Made by a program: the position numbers and the translations under genes. Under the pieces are notes generated by a model. It was not told where the DNA came from, searched no databases, and was given only the letters and a program-made list of their open reading frames with translations. Source: Squalus acanthias (lineage: Eukaryota). From it: a stretch of DNA of 64,000 nucleotides. The DNA lies in the NCBI GenBank assembly GCA_030390025.1, contig CM059438.1, forward strand, positions 58,344,001 through 58,408,000. Direction: 5' to 3'. This document shows, one piece after another, positions 13,801 through 28,800 of the stretch. How positions within the stretch are numbered: the stretch's first letter is position 1; every line of letters begins with the position of its first letter.

Positions 13801-16800
13801 AGAATGTGGAACAGAGATGGATACAGACAGACTGGGGAATGGAGCAGGGTTTAGAGAGAATGGGGAATGAAGCTGGGTACAGATAGATTCTAGGAATGGA
13901 GCTGGGTACAGACAGACACTGGGAATGATGTTGGGTACAGACGGACTCTGGGGCATGGAGCTGGGTACAGACAGATTCTGGGAATGGAGCTGGGTCCAGA
14001 TAGACTCTGGGGAATGGAGCTGGGTACAGACAGTCTCTGGGGAATGGAGTTGGGTACAGACAGACTGAGTAATGGGGTTGGGTGGAGGCAGAGTCTGGGA
14101 ATGGAGCTGGATACAGACAGAATTTTGGAATGGAGCTGGGTACAGACAGACTCTGGGGAATGGAAATCGGAACAGGCGGACTCTGGGGAATCGAGCTGGG
14201 TACAGACAGCTTCTGGGAATGGAGCTGGGTCCAGATAGACTCTGGGGAATGGAGCTGGGTACAGACAGTCTCTGGGGAATGGAGTTGGGTACAGACAGAC
14301 TGAGTAATGGGGTTGGGTGGAGGCAGAGTCTGGGAATGGAGCTGGATACAGACAGAATTTTGGAATGGAGCTGGGTACAGACAGATGATGGGAATGGAGC
14401 TGGGTACAGACAGACTCTGGGAATGGAGCTGGGTTTAGAGAGAATGGGGAATGAAGCTGGGTACAGACAGATTCTAGGAATGGAGCTGGGTACAGACAGA
14501 CACTGGGAATGATGTTGGCTACAGACAGATTCTGGGAATGGAGCTGGGTACAGATGGACTCTGGGGAATGGAGCTGGGTACAGACAGTATCTGGGGAATG
14601 GAGTTGGGTACAGACAGACTGAGGAATGGGGTTGGGTAGAGGCAGAGTCTGGGAATGGAGCTGGATACAGACAGAATTTTGGAATGGAGCTGGGTACAGA
14701 CAGATGATGGGAATGGAGCTGGGTACAGACAGACTCTGGGGAATGGAAATCGGTACAGGCGGACTCTGGGGAATCGAGCTGGGTACAGACAGAATCTGTG
14801 AATGGAGCTGGGTACAGACAGACTCTGTGAATGGAGCTGGGTACAGGCAGACTAGGGGAATGGAGCTGGGTACAGACAGACCCTGGGAATGGAGCTGGGT
14901 ACAGACAGACTATGGGAATGGAGCAGGGTACAGACAGACTCTGGGAATGGTGCTGGGTACAGACAGGCTCTGGGGAATGGAACTCGGTATAGACAGACTC
15001 TGTGAATGGAGCTGGGTACAGACAGACGCTGTGAATGGAGCTGGGTACAGGCAGACTAGGGGAATGGAACTGGTTACAGACAGATTCTGGGGAATGCAGC
15101 TGGTTACAGACAGACTGGGGAACGGAGCTTAATACAGACAGACTGGGGAATCGAGTACAGACAGATTCTGGGAATGGAGCTCGGTACAGTCAGACTCTTG
15201 GGAATGGAGCTGGGTACAGAAGACTGGGGAATAGAGCTGGGTGCAGACAGACTTTGGGGAATGGAGCTGGTTATGACAGTCTCTGGGGAATGGAGCTGGG
15301 TACAGACAGACTGAGGAATGGAGTTGGTAGAGGCACTGTCTGGGAATGGAGCTGGGTACAGACAGAATTTGGAAATGCAGCTGGGTACAGACAGACTCTG
15401 GGAATGGTGCTGGGTACAGACAGACTCTGGGGAATGGAGCTGGGTACAGACAGAATTTGGAAATGGAGCTGTTTACAGACAGACTATCGGAATGGAGCTG
15501 GATCCAGACAGACTCTGGGAATGGTGCTGGGTACAGACAGACTCTGGGGAATGGAGCTGGGTACAGATAGAATTTGGAAATGGAGCTGTGTACAGACAGA
15601 ATTTGGAAATGCAGCTGGGTACAGACAGACTCTGGGGAATGGAGCTGGGTACAGACAGAATTTGGAAATGGAGCTGTGTACAGACAGACTATCGGAATGG
15701 AGCTGGATCCAGACAGACTCTGTGAATGGAGCTGGGTACAGACAGATTAGAGAATGGAGCTTGGTTCAGAGAGACTGGGGAATAGCGCTGGGTACAGACA
15801 GACTTTTGGGAATGGAGCTGGGTACAGACAGTCTCTGGGGGATGGAGCTGGGTACAGACAGAATTTGGGAATGGAGCTCGGTGCAGGCGGACTCTGGGGA
15901 ATGGAGCTGGGTACAGACAGATTCGGGGGAACGGAGCTGGATCCAGACAGACTGGGGAATGGAGCAGGGTTCAGAGAGAATGGGGAATGAAGCTGGGTGC
16001 AGACAGACTCTGGGAATGGAGCTGGGTACAGACAGACACTGGGAATGGTGCTGGGTACAGATGGACTCTGGGGAATGGAGCTGGGTTATGACAGATTCTG
16101 GGAATGGAGCTCGGTACAGATAGACTCTGGGGAATTGAGCTGGGTACAGACAGACTTTGGGGAATGGAGCGGGGTACAGACAGTGTCTGGGGGATGGAGC
16201 TGGGTACAGACAGACTGATGAATGGCGTTGGGTAGAGAAAGAGTCTGGGAATGGAGCTGGGTACAGACAGTATTTGGGAATGGAGCTGGGTACAGACAGA
16301 CTGAGGAATGGCGTTGGATAGAGGCAGAGTTTGGGAATGGAGCTGCGTACAGACAGACTATGGGAATGGATCTTGTACAAACAGATATTGGGGAATGGAG
16401 CGGGGTACAGACAGACTCTGGGGAATGGAGCTGTGTACAGACAGACTGAGGACTGGAGTTGGGTTGAGAGCAGAGTCTGGGAATGGAGCTGGGTACAGAC
16501 AGAATTTGGAAATGGAGCGGGGTACAGACAGACTATGGGAATGGATCTGGGTCCAGACAGACTCTGGGAAATGGTGCTGGGTACAGACAGACTCTGGGGA
16601 ATGGAACTCGGTACAGGCGGTCTCTGGGGAATGGAGCTGGGTACAGACAGAATTTGGAAATGGAGCTGGGTACAGACAGACTCTGGGGAATGGAGCTGGG
16701 TACAGACAGACTCTGTGAATGGAGCTGGGTACAGGCAGACTAGAGAATGGAGCTTGGTTCAGAGAGACTGGGGAATGGAGCTGGGTACAGACAGAATCTG

Positions 16801-19800
16801 TGAATGGAGCTGGGTAAAGGCAGACTAGGGGAATGGAGCTGGGTAAAGGCAGACTAGGGGAATGGAGCTGGTTACAGACAGATTCTGGGGAATGCAGCTG
16901 GTTACAGACAGACTGGCGAACGGAGCTGGTTACATACAGACTTGGGAATGGAGTACAGACAGATTCTGGGAATGGAGCTCGGTACAGATTGACTCTGGGG
17001 AATGGAGCTGGGTACAGAAGACTGGGGAATAGAGCGTGGTACAGACAGACTTTGGGGAATGGAGCTGGGTACAGACAGTCTCTGGGGGATGGAGCTGGGT
17101 ACAGACAGACTGAGGAATGGCGTTGGGTAGAGGCAGAGTCTGGGAATGGAGCTAGGTACAGACAGACTCTTGGAATGGTGCTGGGTACAGAAAGACTCTG
17201 GGAATGGAGCTGGGTACTGTCAGATTCTGGGGGAAGGAGCTGAGTACAGACAGACTCTGTGGAATGGATCTTGTACAGACAGACATTGGGAAATCGAGCT
17301 GGGTACAGACAGACTCTGGGAATACAGCTGTGTACAGACAGACTCTGGGAATGGATCTCGTTACAGACAGACTGGGGAATGGAGCTGGGTACATAAAGAC
17401 TCTGCAAAGGGAGCTGGGTACAGACAGACTGGAGAATGGAACTGGGTACAGACAGACTCGTGGGATAGGAGCCGGGTACAGACAGTCTCCAGGAATCGAG
17501 CTGGGTACAGGAAGACTCTCGGGAATGGAGCTGGGTACAGACAGACTTCGGGAATGGAGCTGGGTATAGACAGACTCTGGGGAATGGAGCTCGGTACAGG
17601 CGGACTCTGAGGAATGAAGCTGGGTACAGACAGACTCTGGGGAATGGAGCAGGGTTTAGAGAGAATGGGGAATGAAGCTGGGTACAGATAGATTCTATGA
17701 ATGGAGCTGGGTACAGACAGACACTGGGAATGATGTTGGGTACAGACGGACTCTGGGGCATGGAGCTGGGTACAGACAGATTCTGGGAATGGAGCTGGGT
17801 CCAGATAGACTCTGGGGAATGGAGCTGGGTACAGACAGTCTCTGGGGAATGGAGTTGGGTACAGACAGACTGAGTAATGGGGTTGGGTGGAGGCAGAGTC
17901 TGGGAATGGAGCTGGATACAGACAGAATTTTGGAATGGAGCTGGGTACAGACAGACTATGGGAATGGAGCTGGGTACAGACAGACTCTGGGGAATGGAAA
18001 TCGGTACAGGCGGACTCTGGGGAATCGAGCTGGGTACAGACAGAATCTGTGAATGGAGCTGGGTACAGGCAGACTAGGGGAATGGAGCTGGGTACAGACA
18101 GACCCTGTGAATGGAGCTGGGTACAGACAGACTATGGGAATGGAGCAGGGTACAGACAGACTCTGGGAATGGTGCTGGGTACAGACAGATTCTGGGGAAT
18201 GCAGCTGGTTACAGACAGACTGGGGAATGGAGCTGGATACAGACAGACTGGGGAATGGAGTACAGACAGATTCTGGGAATGGAGCTCGGTACAGTAAGAC
18301 TCTTGGGAATGGAGCTGGGTACAGACAGACTCTGGGGAATGGAGCTGTTACAGAGAGACTGTGGAACAGTGCTGGATACAGACAGACTGGGGAATGGAGC
18401 AGGGTTTAGAGAGAATGGGGAATGAAGCTGGGTACAGACAGATTCTAGGAATGGAGCTGGGTACAGACAGACACTGGGAATGATGTTGGGTACAGACAGA
18501 TTCTGGGAATGGAGCTGGGTACAGATGGACTCTGGGGAATGGAGCTGGGTACAGACAGTATCTGGGGAATGGAGTTGGGTACAGACAGACTGAGGAATGG
18601 GGTTGGGTAGAGGCAGAGTCTGGGAATGGAGCTGGATACAGACAGAATTTTGGAATGGAGCTGGGTACAGACAGATGATGGGAATGGAGCTGGGTACAGA
18701 CAGACTCTGGGAATGGAGCTGGGTACAGACAGACTCTGGGGAATGGAAATCGGTACAGGCGGACTCTGGGGAATCGAGCTGGGTACAGACCGAATCTGTG
18801 AATGGAGCTGGGTACAGACAGACTCTGTGAATGGAGCTAGGTACAGGCAGACTAGGGGAATGGAGCTGGGTACAGACAGACCCTGGGAATGGAGCTGGGT
18901 ACAGACAGACTATGGAAATGGAGAATGGTACAGACAGACTCTGGGAATGGTGCTGGGTACAGACAGGCTCTGAAGAATGGAACTCGGTACAGACAGACTC
19001 TGTGAATGGAGCTGGGTACAGACAGACTCTGTGAATGGAGCTGGGTACAGGCAGACTAGGGGAATGGAGCTGGTTACAGACAGATTCTGGGGAATGCAGC
19101 TGGTTACAGACAGACTGGGGAACGGAGCTGGATACAGACAGACTGGGGAATGGAGTACAGACAGATTCTGGGAATGGAGCTCAGTACATTCAGACTCTTG
19201 GGAATGGTGCTGGGTACAGAAGACTGGGGAATAGAGCTGGGTACAGACAGACTTTGGGGAATGGAGCTGGGTACAGACAGTCTCTGGGGGATGGAACTGG
19301 GTACAGACAGACTGAGAAATAAAGTTGGGTAGAGGCAGAGTCTGGGAAAGGAGCTGGGTACAGACAGACTCTTGGAATGGCGCTGGGTACAGAAAGACTC
19401 TGGGAATGGAGCTGGGTACAGACAGACTGGAGAATGGAGCTGGGTACAGTCAGATTCTGTTGAATGGAGCTGGGCACAGAGAGACTCTGGGGAATGGATC
19501 TTGTACGGACAGCCATTGGGAAATTGAGCTGGGTACAGACAGACTCTGGGAATACAGCTGTGTACAGACAGACTCTGGGAATGGATCTGGTTACAGAAAG
19601 ACTGCGGAATGGAGCTGGGTACATAAAGACTCTGCGAAGGGAACTGGGTACTGACAGACTGGAGAATGGAACTGGGTACAGACAGATTCAGGGGAAAGGA
19701 GCCGGGGACAGACAGTCTCCAGGAATGGAGCTGGATATAGACAGACTCTGGGGAATGCAGCTGGGTACAGACAGAGTTCGGGAATGGAGCTGGCTATAGA

Positions 19801-22800
19801 CAGACTCTGGGGAATGGAACTGGTTACAGAGAGACTGTGGAACAGAGCTGGATACAGACAGACTGGGGAATCGAGCAGGGTTCAGAGAGAATGGGGAATG
19901 AAGCTGGGTACAGACAGACTCTTGGAATGGAGCTGGGTACAGATGGACTCTGGGGAATGGAGCTGGGTACAGACAGATTCTGGGAATGGAGCTGGGTACA
20001 GATAGACTCTGGGGAATGGAGCTGGGTACAGAAAGTCTCTGGGGAATGGAGTTGGGTACAGAAAGACTGAGGAATGGTGTTGGGTAGAGGCAGAGTCTGG
20101 GAATGGAGCTGGATACAGACAGAGTTCGGGAATGTAGCTGGCTATAGACAGATTCTGGGGAATGGAACTGGTTACAGAGAGACTGTGGAACAGAGCTGGA
20201 TACAGACAGACTGGGGAATCGAGCAGGGTTCAGAGAGAATGGGGAATGAAGCTGGGTACAGACAGACTCTGTGAATGGAGCTGGGTACAGACAGACTCTG
20301 TGAATGGAGCTGGGTACAGACAGACTCTGTGGAATGGATCTTGTACAGACAGACATTGGGAAATCGAGCTGGGTACAGACAGACTCTGGGAATACAGCTG
20401 TGTACAGACAGACTCTGGGAATGGATCTCGTTACAGACAGACTGGGGAATGGAGCTGGGTACATAAAGACTCTGCAAAGGGAGCTGGGTACAGACAGACT
20501 GGAGAATGGAACTGGGTACAGACAGACTCGTGGGATAGGAGCCGGGTACAGACAGTCTCCAGGAATCGAGCTGGGTACAGGAAGACTCTCGGGAATGGAG
20601 CTGGGTACAGACAGACTTCGGGAATGGAGCTGGGTATAGACAGACTCTGGGGAATGGAGCTCGGTACAGGCGGACTCTGAGGAATGAAGCTGGGTACAGA
20701 CAGACTCTGGGGAATGGAGCTGGTTACAGAGAGAATGTGGAACAGAGATGGATACAGACAGACTGGGGAATGGAGCAGGGTTTAGAGAGAATGGGGAATG
20801 AAGCTGGGTACAGATAGATTCTAGGAATGGAGCTGGGTACAGACAGACACTGGGAATGATGTTGGGTACAGACGGACTCTGGGGCATGGAGCTGGGTACA
20901 GACAGATTCTGGGAATGGAGCTGGGTCCAGATAGACTCTGGGGAATGGAGCTGGGTACAGACAGTCTCTGGGGAATGGAGTTGGGTACAGACAGACTGAG
21001 TAATGGGGTTGGGTGGAGGCAGAGTCTGGGAATGGAGCTGGATACAGACAGAATTTTGGAATGGAGCTGGGTACAGACAGATGATGGGAATGGAGCTGGG
21101 TACAGACAGACTCTGGGAATGGAGCTGGGTACAGACAGACTCTGGGGAATGGAAATCGGTACAGGCGGACTCTGGGGAATCGAGCTGGGTACAGACAGAA
21201 TCTGTGAATGGAGCTGGGTACAGACAGACTCTGTGAATGGAGCTAGGTACAGGCAGACTAGGGGAATGGAGCTGGGTACAGACAGACCCTGGGAATGGAG
21301 CTGGGTACAGACAGACTATGGAAATGGAGAAGGGTACAGACAGACTCTGGGAATGGTGCTGGGTACAGACAGGCTCTGAAGAATGGAACTCGGTACAGAC
21401 AGACTCTGTGAATGGAGCTGGGTACAGACAGACTGTGTGAATGGAGCTGGGTGCAGGCAGACTAGGGGAATGGAGCTGGTTACAGACAGATTCTGGGGAA
21501 TGCAGCTGGTTACAGACAGACTGGGGAACGGAGCTGGATACAGACAGACTGGGGAATGGAGTACAGACAGATTCTGGGAATGGAGCTCAGTCCATTCAGA
21601 CTCTTGGGAATGGTGCTGGGTACAGAAGACTGGGGAATAGAGCTGGGTACAGACAGACTTTGGGGAATGGAGCTGGGTACAGACAGTCTCTGGGGGATGG
21701 AACTGGGTACAGACAGACTGAGAAATAAAGTTGGGTAGAGGCAGAGTCTGGGAAAGGAGCTGGGTACAGACAGACTCTTGGAATGGCGCTGGGTACAGAA
21801 AGACTCTGGGAATGGAGCTGGGTACAGACAGACTGGAGAATGGAGCTGGGTACAGTCAGATTCTGTTGAATGGAGCTGGGCACAGAGAGACTCTGGGGAA
21901 TGGATCTTGTACGGACAGCCATTGGGAAATTGAGCTGGGTACAGACAGACTCTGGGAATACAGCTGTGTACAGACAGACTCTGGGAATGGATCTGGTTAC
22001 AGAAAGACTGGGGAATGGAGCTGGGTACATAAAGACTCTGCGAAGGGAACTGGGTACTGACAGACTGGAGAATGGAACTGGGTACAGACAGATTCAGGGG
22101 AAAGGAGCCGGGGACAGACAGTCTCCAGGAATGGAGCTGGATATAGACAGACTCTGGGGAATGCAGCTGGGTACAGACAGAGTTCGGGAATGGAGCTGGC
22201 TATAGACAGACTCTGGGGAATGGAACTGGTTACAGAGAGACTGTGGAACAGAGCTGGATACAGACAGACTGGGGAATCGAGCAGGGTTCAGAGAGAATGG
22301 GGAATGAAGCTGGGTACAGACAGACTCTTGGAATGGAGCTGGGTACAGATGGACTCTGGGGAATGGAGCTGGGTACAGACAGATTCTGGGAATGGAGCTG
22401 GGTACAGATAGACTCTGGGGAATGGAGCTGGGTACAGACAGTCTCTGGGGAATGGAGTTGGGTACAGAAAGACTAAGGAATGGTGTTGGGTAGAGGCAGA
22501 GTCTGGGAATGGAGCTGGATACAGACAGAGTTCGGGAATGTAGCTGGCTATAGACAGATTCTGGGGAATGGAACTGGTTACAGAGAGACTGTGGAACAGA
22601 GCTGGATACAGACAGACTGGGGAATCGAGCAGGGTTCAGAGAGAATGGGGAATGAAGCTGGGTACAGACAGACTCTGTGAATGGAGCTGGGTACAGACAG
22701 ACTCTGTGAATGGAGCTGGGTACAGACAGACTCTGTGGAATGGATCTTGTACAGACAGACATTGGGAAATCGAGCTGGGTACAGACAGACTCTGGGAATA

Positions 22801-25800
22801 CAGCTGTGTACAGACAGACTCTGGGAATGGATCTCGTTACAGACAGACTGGGGAATGGAGCTGGGTACATAAAGACTCTGCAAAGGGAGCTGGGTACAGA
22901 CAGACTGGAGAATGGAACTGGGTACAGACAGACTCGTGGGATAGGAGCCGGGTACAGACAGTCTCCAGGAATCGAGCTGGGTACAGGAAGACTCTCGGGA
23001 ATGGAGCTGGGTACAGACAGACTTCGGGAATGGAGCTGGGTATAGACAGACTCTGGGGAATGGAGCTCGGTACAGGCGGTCTCTGAGGAATGAAGCTGGG
23101 TACAGACTGACTCTGGGGAATGGAACTGGTTACAGAGAGAATGTGGAACAGAGATGGATACAGACAGACTGGGGAATGGAGCAGGGTTTAGAGAGAATGG
23201 GGAATGAAGCTGGGCACAGATAGATTCTAGGAATGGAGCTGGGTCCAGATAGACTCTGGGGCATGGAGCTGGGTACAGACAGATTCTGGGAATGGAGCTG
23301 GGTCCAGATAGACTCTGGGGAATGGAGCTGGGTACAGACAGTCTCTGGGAATGGAGTTGGGTACAGACAGACTGAGTAATGGGGTTGGGTGGAGGCAGAG
23401 TCTGGGAATGGAGCTGGATACAGACAGAATTTTGGAATGGAGCTGGGTACAGACAGACTATGGGAATGGAGCTGGGTACAGACAGACTCTGGGGAATGGA
23501 AATCGGTACAGGCGGACTCTGGGGAATCGAGCTGGGTACAGACAGAATCTGTGAATGGAGCTGGGTACAGGCAGACTAGGGGAATGGAGCTGGGTACAGA
23601 CAGACCCTGTGAATGGAGCTGGGTACAGACAGACTATGGGAATGGTGCAGGGTACAGACAGACTCTGGGAATGGTGCTGGGTACAGACAGGCTCTGAAGA
23701 ATGGAACTCGGTACAGACAGACTCTGTGAATGGAGCTGGGTACAGACAGACTCTGTGAATGGAGCTGGGTACAGGCAGACTAGGGGAATGGAGCTGGTTA
23801 CAGACAGATTCTGGGGAATGCAGCTGGTTACAGACAGACTGGGGAATGGAGCTGGATACAGACAGACTGGGGAATGGAGTACAGACAGATTCTGGGAATG
23901 GAGCTCGGTACAGTAAGACTCTTGGGAATGGAGCTGGGTACAGACAGACTCTGGGGAATGGAGCTGTTACAGAGAGACTGTGGAACAGTGCTGGATACAG
24001 ACAGACTGGGGAATGGAGCAGGGTTTAGAGAGAATGGGGAATGAAGCTGGGTACAGACAGATTCTAGGAATGGAGCTGGGTACAGACAGACACTGGGAAT
24101 GATGTTGGGTACAGACAGATTCTGGGAATGGAGCTGGGTACAGATGGACTCTGGGGAATGGAGCTGGGTACAGACAGTATCTGGGGAATGGAGTTGGGTA
24201 CAGACAGACTGAGGAATGGGGTTGGGTAGAGGCAGAGTCTGGGAATGGAGCTGGATACAGACAGAATTTTGGAATGGAGCTGGGTACAGACAGTTGATGG
24301 GAATGGAGCTGGGTACAGACAGACTCTGGGAATGGAGCTGGGTACAGACAGACTCTGGGGAATGGAAATCGGTACAGGCGGACTCTGGGGAATCGAGCTG
24401 GGTACAGACAGAATCTGTGAATGGAGCTGGGTACAGACAGACTCTGTGAATGGAGCTAGGTACAGGCAGACTAGGGGAATGGAGCTGGGTACAGACAGAC
24501 CCTGGGAATGGAGCTGGGTACAGACAGACTATGGAAATGGAGAAGGGTACAGACAGACTCTGGGAATGGTGCTGGGTACAGACAGGCTCTGAAGAATGGA
24601 ACTCGGTACAGACAGACTCTGTGAATGGAGCTGGGTACAGACAGACTCTGTGAATGGAGCTGGGTACAGGCAGACTAGGGGAATGGAGCTGGTTACAGAC
24701 AGATTCTGGGGAATGCAGCTGGTTACAGACAGACTGGGGAACGGAGCTGGATACAGACAGACTGGGGAATGGAGTACAGACAGATTCTGGGAATGGAGCT
24801 CAGTACATTCAGACTCTTGGGAATGGTGCTGGGTACAGAAGACTGGGGAATAGAGCTGGGTACAGACAGACTTTGGGGAATGGAGCTGGGTACAGACAGT
24901 CTCTGGGGGATGGAACTGGGTACAGACAGACTGAGAAATAAAGTTGGGTAGAGGCAGAGTCTGGGAAAGGAGCTGGGTACAGACAGACTCTTGGAATGGC
25001 GCTGGGTACAGAAAGACTCTGGGAATGGAGCTGGGTACAGACAGACTGGAGAATGGAGCTGGGTACAGTCAGATTCTGTTGAATGGAGCTGGGCACAGAG
25101 AGACTCTGGGGAATGGATCTTGTACGGACAGCCATTGGGAAATTGAGCTGGGTACAGACAGACTCTGGGAATACAGCTGTGTACAGACAGACTCTGGGAA
25201 TGGATCTGGTTACAGAAAGACTGGGGAATGGAGCTGGGTACATAAAGACTCTGCGAAGGGAACTGGGTACTGACAGACTGGAGAATGGAACTGGGTACAG
25301 ACAGATTCAGGGGAAAGGAGCCGGGGACAGACAGTCTCCAGGAATGGAGCTGGATATAGACAGACTCTGGGGAATGCAGCTGGGTACAGACAGAGTTCGG
25401 GAATGGAGCTGGCTATAGACAGACTCTGGGGAATGGAACTGGTTACAGAGAGACTGTGGAACAGAGCTGGATACAGACAGACTGGGGAATCGAGCAGGGT
25501 TCAGAGAGAATGGGGAATGAAGCTGGGTACAGACAGATTCTGGGAATGGAGCTGGGTACAGATAGACTCTGGGGAATGGAGCTGGGTACAGACAGTCTCT
25601 GGGGAATGGAGTTGGGTACAGAAAGACTGAGGAATGGTGTTGGGTAGAGGCAGAGTCTGGGAATGGAGCTGGATACAGACAGAGTTCGGGAATGTAGCTG
25701 GCTATAGACAGACTCTGGGGAATGGAACTGGTTACAGAGAGACTGTGGAACAGAGCTGGATACAGACAGACTGGGGAATGGAGCAGGGTTCAGAGAGAAT

Positions 25801-28800
25801 GGGGAATGAAGCTGGGTACAGACAGACTCTGTGAATGGAGCTGGGTACAGACAGACTCTGTGAATGGAGCTGGGTACAGACAGACTCTGTGGAATGGATC
25901 TTGTACAGACAGACATTGGGAAATCGAGCTGGGTACAGACAGACTCTGGGAATACAGCTGTGTACAGACAGACTCTGGGAATGGATCTCGTTACAGACAG
26001 ACTGGGGAATGGAGCTGGGTACATAAAGACTCTGCAAAGGGAGCTGGGTACAGACAGACTGGAGAATGGAACTGGGTACAGACAGACTCGTGGGATAGGA
26101 GCCGGGTACAGACAGTCTCCAGGAATCGAGCTGGGTACAGGAAGACTCTCGGGAATGGAGCTGGGTACAGACAGACTTCGGGAATGGAGCTGGGTATAGA
26201 CAGACTCTGGGGAATGGAGCTCGGTACAGGCGGACTCTGAGGAATGAAGCTGGGTACAGACAGACTCTGGGGAATGGAGCTGGTTACAGAGAGAATGTGG
26301 AACAGAGATGGATACAGACAGACTGGGGAATGGAGCAGGGTTTAGAGAGAATGGGGAATGAAGCTGGGTACAGATAGATTCTAGGAATGGAGCTGGGTAC
26401 AGACAGACACTGGGAATGATGTTGGGTACAGACGGACTCTGGGGCATGGAGCTGGGTACAGACAGATTCTGGGAATGGAGCTGGGTCCAGATAGACTCTG
26501 GGGAATGGAGCTGGGTACAGACAGTCTCTGGGGAATGGAGTTGGGTACAGACAGACTGAGTAATGGGGTTGGGTGGAGGCAGAGTCTGGGAATGGAGCTG
26601 GATAGAGACAGAATTTTGGAATGGAGCTGGGTACAGACAGACTCTGGGGAATGGAAATCGGAACAGGCGGACTCTGGGGAATCGAGCTGGGTACAGACAG
26701 CTTCTGGGAATGGAGCTGGGTCCAGATAGACTCTGGGGAATGGAGCTGTGTACAGACAGTCTCTGGGGAATGGAGTTGGGTACAGACAGACTGAGTAATG
26801 GGGTTGGGTGGAGGCAGAGTCTGGGAATGGAGCTGGATACAGACAGAATTTTGGAATGGAGCTGGGTACAGACAGATGATGGGAATGGAGCTGGGTACAG
26901 ACAGACTCTGGGAATGGAGCTGGGTTTAGAGAGAATGGGGAATGAAGCTGGGTACAGACAGATTCTAGGAATGGAGCTGGGTACAGACAGACACTGGGAA
27001 TGATGTTGGCTACAGACAGATTCTGGGAATGGAGCTGGGTACAGATGGACTCTGGGGAATGGAGCTGGGTACAGACAGTATCTGGGGAATGGAGTTGGGT
27101 ACAGACAGACTGAGGAATGGGGTTGGGTAGAGGCAGAGTCTGGGAATGGAGCTGGATACAGACAGAATTTTGGAATGGAGCTGGGTACAGACAGATGATG
27201 GGAATGGAGCTGGGTACAGACAGACTCTGGGAATGGAGCTGGGTACAGACAGACTCTGGGGAATGGAAATCGGTACAGGCGGACTCTGGGGAATCGAGCT
27301 GGGTACAGACAGAATCTGTGAATGGAGCTGGGTACAGACAGACTCTGTGAATGGAGCTGGGTACAGGCAGACTAGGGGAATGGAGCTGGGTACAGACAGA
27401 CCCTGGGAATGGAGCTGGGTACAGACAGACTATGGGAATGGAGCAGGGTACAGACAGACTCTGGGAATGGTGCTGGGTACAGACAGGCTCTGGGGAATGG
27501 AACTCGGTATAGACAGACTCTGTGAATGGAGCTGGGTACAGACAGACGCTGTGAATGGAGCTGGGTACAGGCAGACTAGGGGAATGGAACTGGTTACAGA
27601 CAGATTCTGGGGAATGCAGCTGGTTACAGACAGACTGGGGAACGGAGCTTAATACAGACAGACTGGGGAATCGAGTACAGACAGATTCTGGGAATGGAGC
27701 TGGGTACAGATGGACTCTGGGGAATGGAGCTGGGTACAGACAGTATCTGGGGAATGGAGTTGGGTACAGACAGACTGAGGAATGGGGTTGGGTAGAGGCA
27801 GAGTCTGGGAATGGAGCTGGATACAGACAGAATTTTGGAATGGAGCTGGGTACAGACAGATGATGGGAATGGAGCTGGGTACAGACAGACTCTGGGAATG
27901 GAGCTGGGTACAGACAGACTCTGGGGAATGGAAATCGGTACAGGCGGACTCTGGGGAATCGAGCTGGGTACAGACAGAATCTGTGAATGGAGCTGGGTAC
28001 AGACAGACTCTGTGAATGGAGCTGGGTACAGGCAGACTAGGGGAATGGAGCTGGGTACAGACAGACCCTGGGAATGGAGCTGGGTACAGACAGACTATGG
28101 GAATGGAGCAGGGTACAGACAGACTCTGGGAATGGTGCTGGGTACAGACAGGCTCTGGGGAATGGAACTCGGTATAGACAGACTCTGTGAATGGAGCTGG
28201 GTACAGACAGACGCTGTGAATGGAGCTGGGTACAGGCAGACTAGGGGAATGGAACTGGTTACAGACAGATTCTGGGGAATGCAGCTGGTTACAGACAGAC
28301 TGGGGAACGGAGCTTAATACAGACAGACTGGGGAATCGAGTACAGACAGATTCTGGGAATGGAGCTCGGTACAGTCAGACTCTTGGGAATGGAGCTGGGT
28401 ATTGAAGACTGGGGAATAGAGCTGGGTGCAGACAGACTTTGGGGAATGGAGCTGGTTATGACAGTCTCTGGGGAATGGAGCTGGGTACAGACAGACTGAG
28501 GAATGGAGTTGGTAGAGGCACTGTCTGGGAATGGAGCTGGGTACAGACAGAATTTGGAAATGCAGCTGGGTACAGACAGACTCTGGGAATGGTGCTGGGT
28601 ACAGACAGACTCTGGGGAATGGAGCTGGGTACAGACAGAATTTGGAAATGGAGCTGTGTACAGACAGACTATCGGAATGGAGCTGGATCCAGACAGACTC
28701 TGGGAATGGTGCTGGGTACAGACAGACTCTGGGGAATGGAGCTGGGTACAGATAGAATTTGGAAATGGAGCTGTGTACAGACAGACTATCGGAATGGAGC

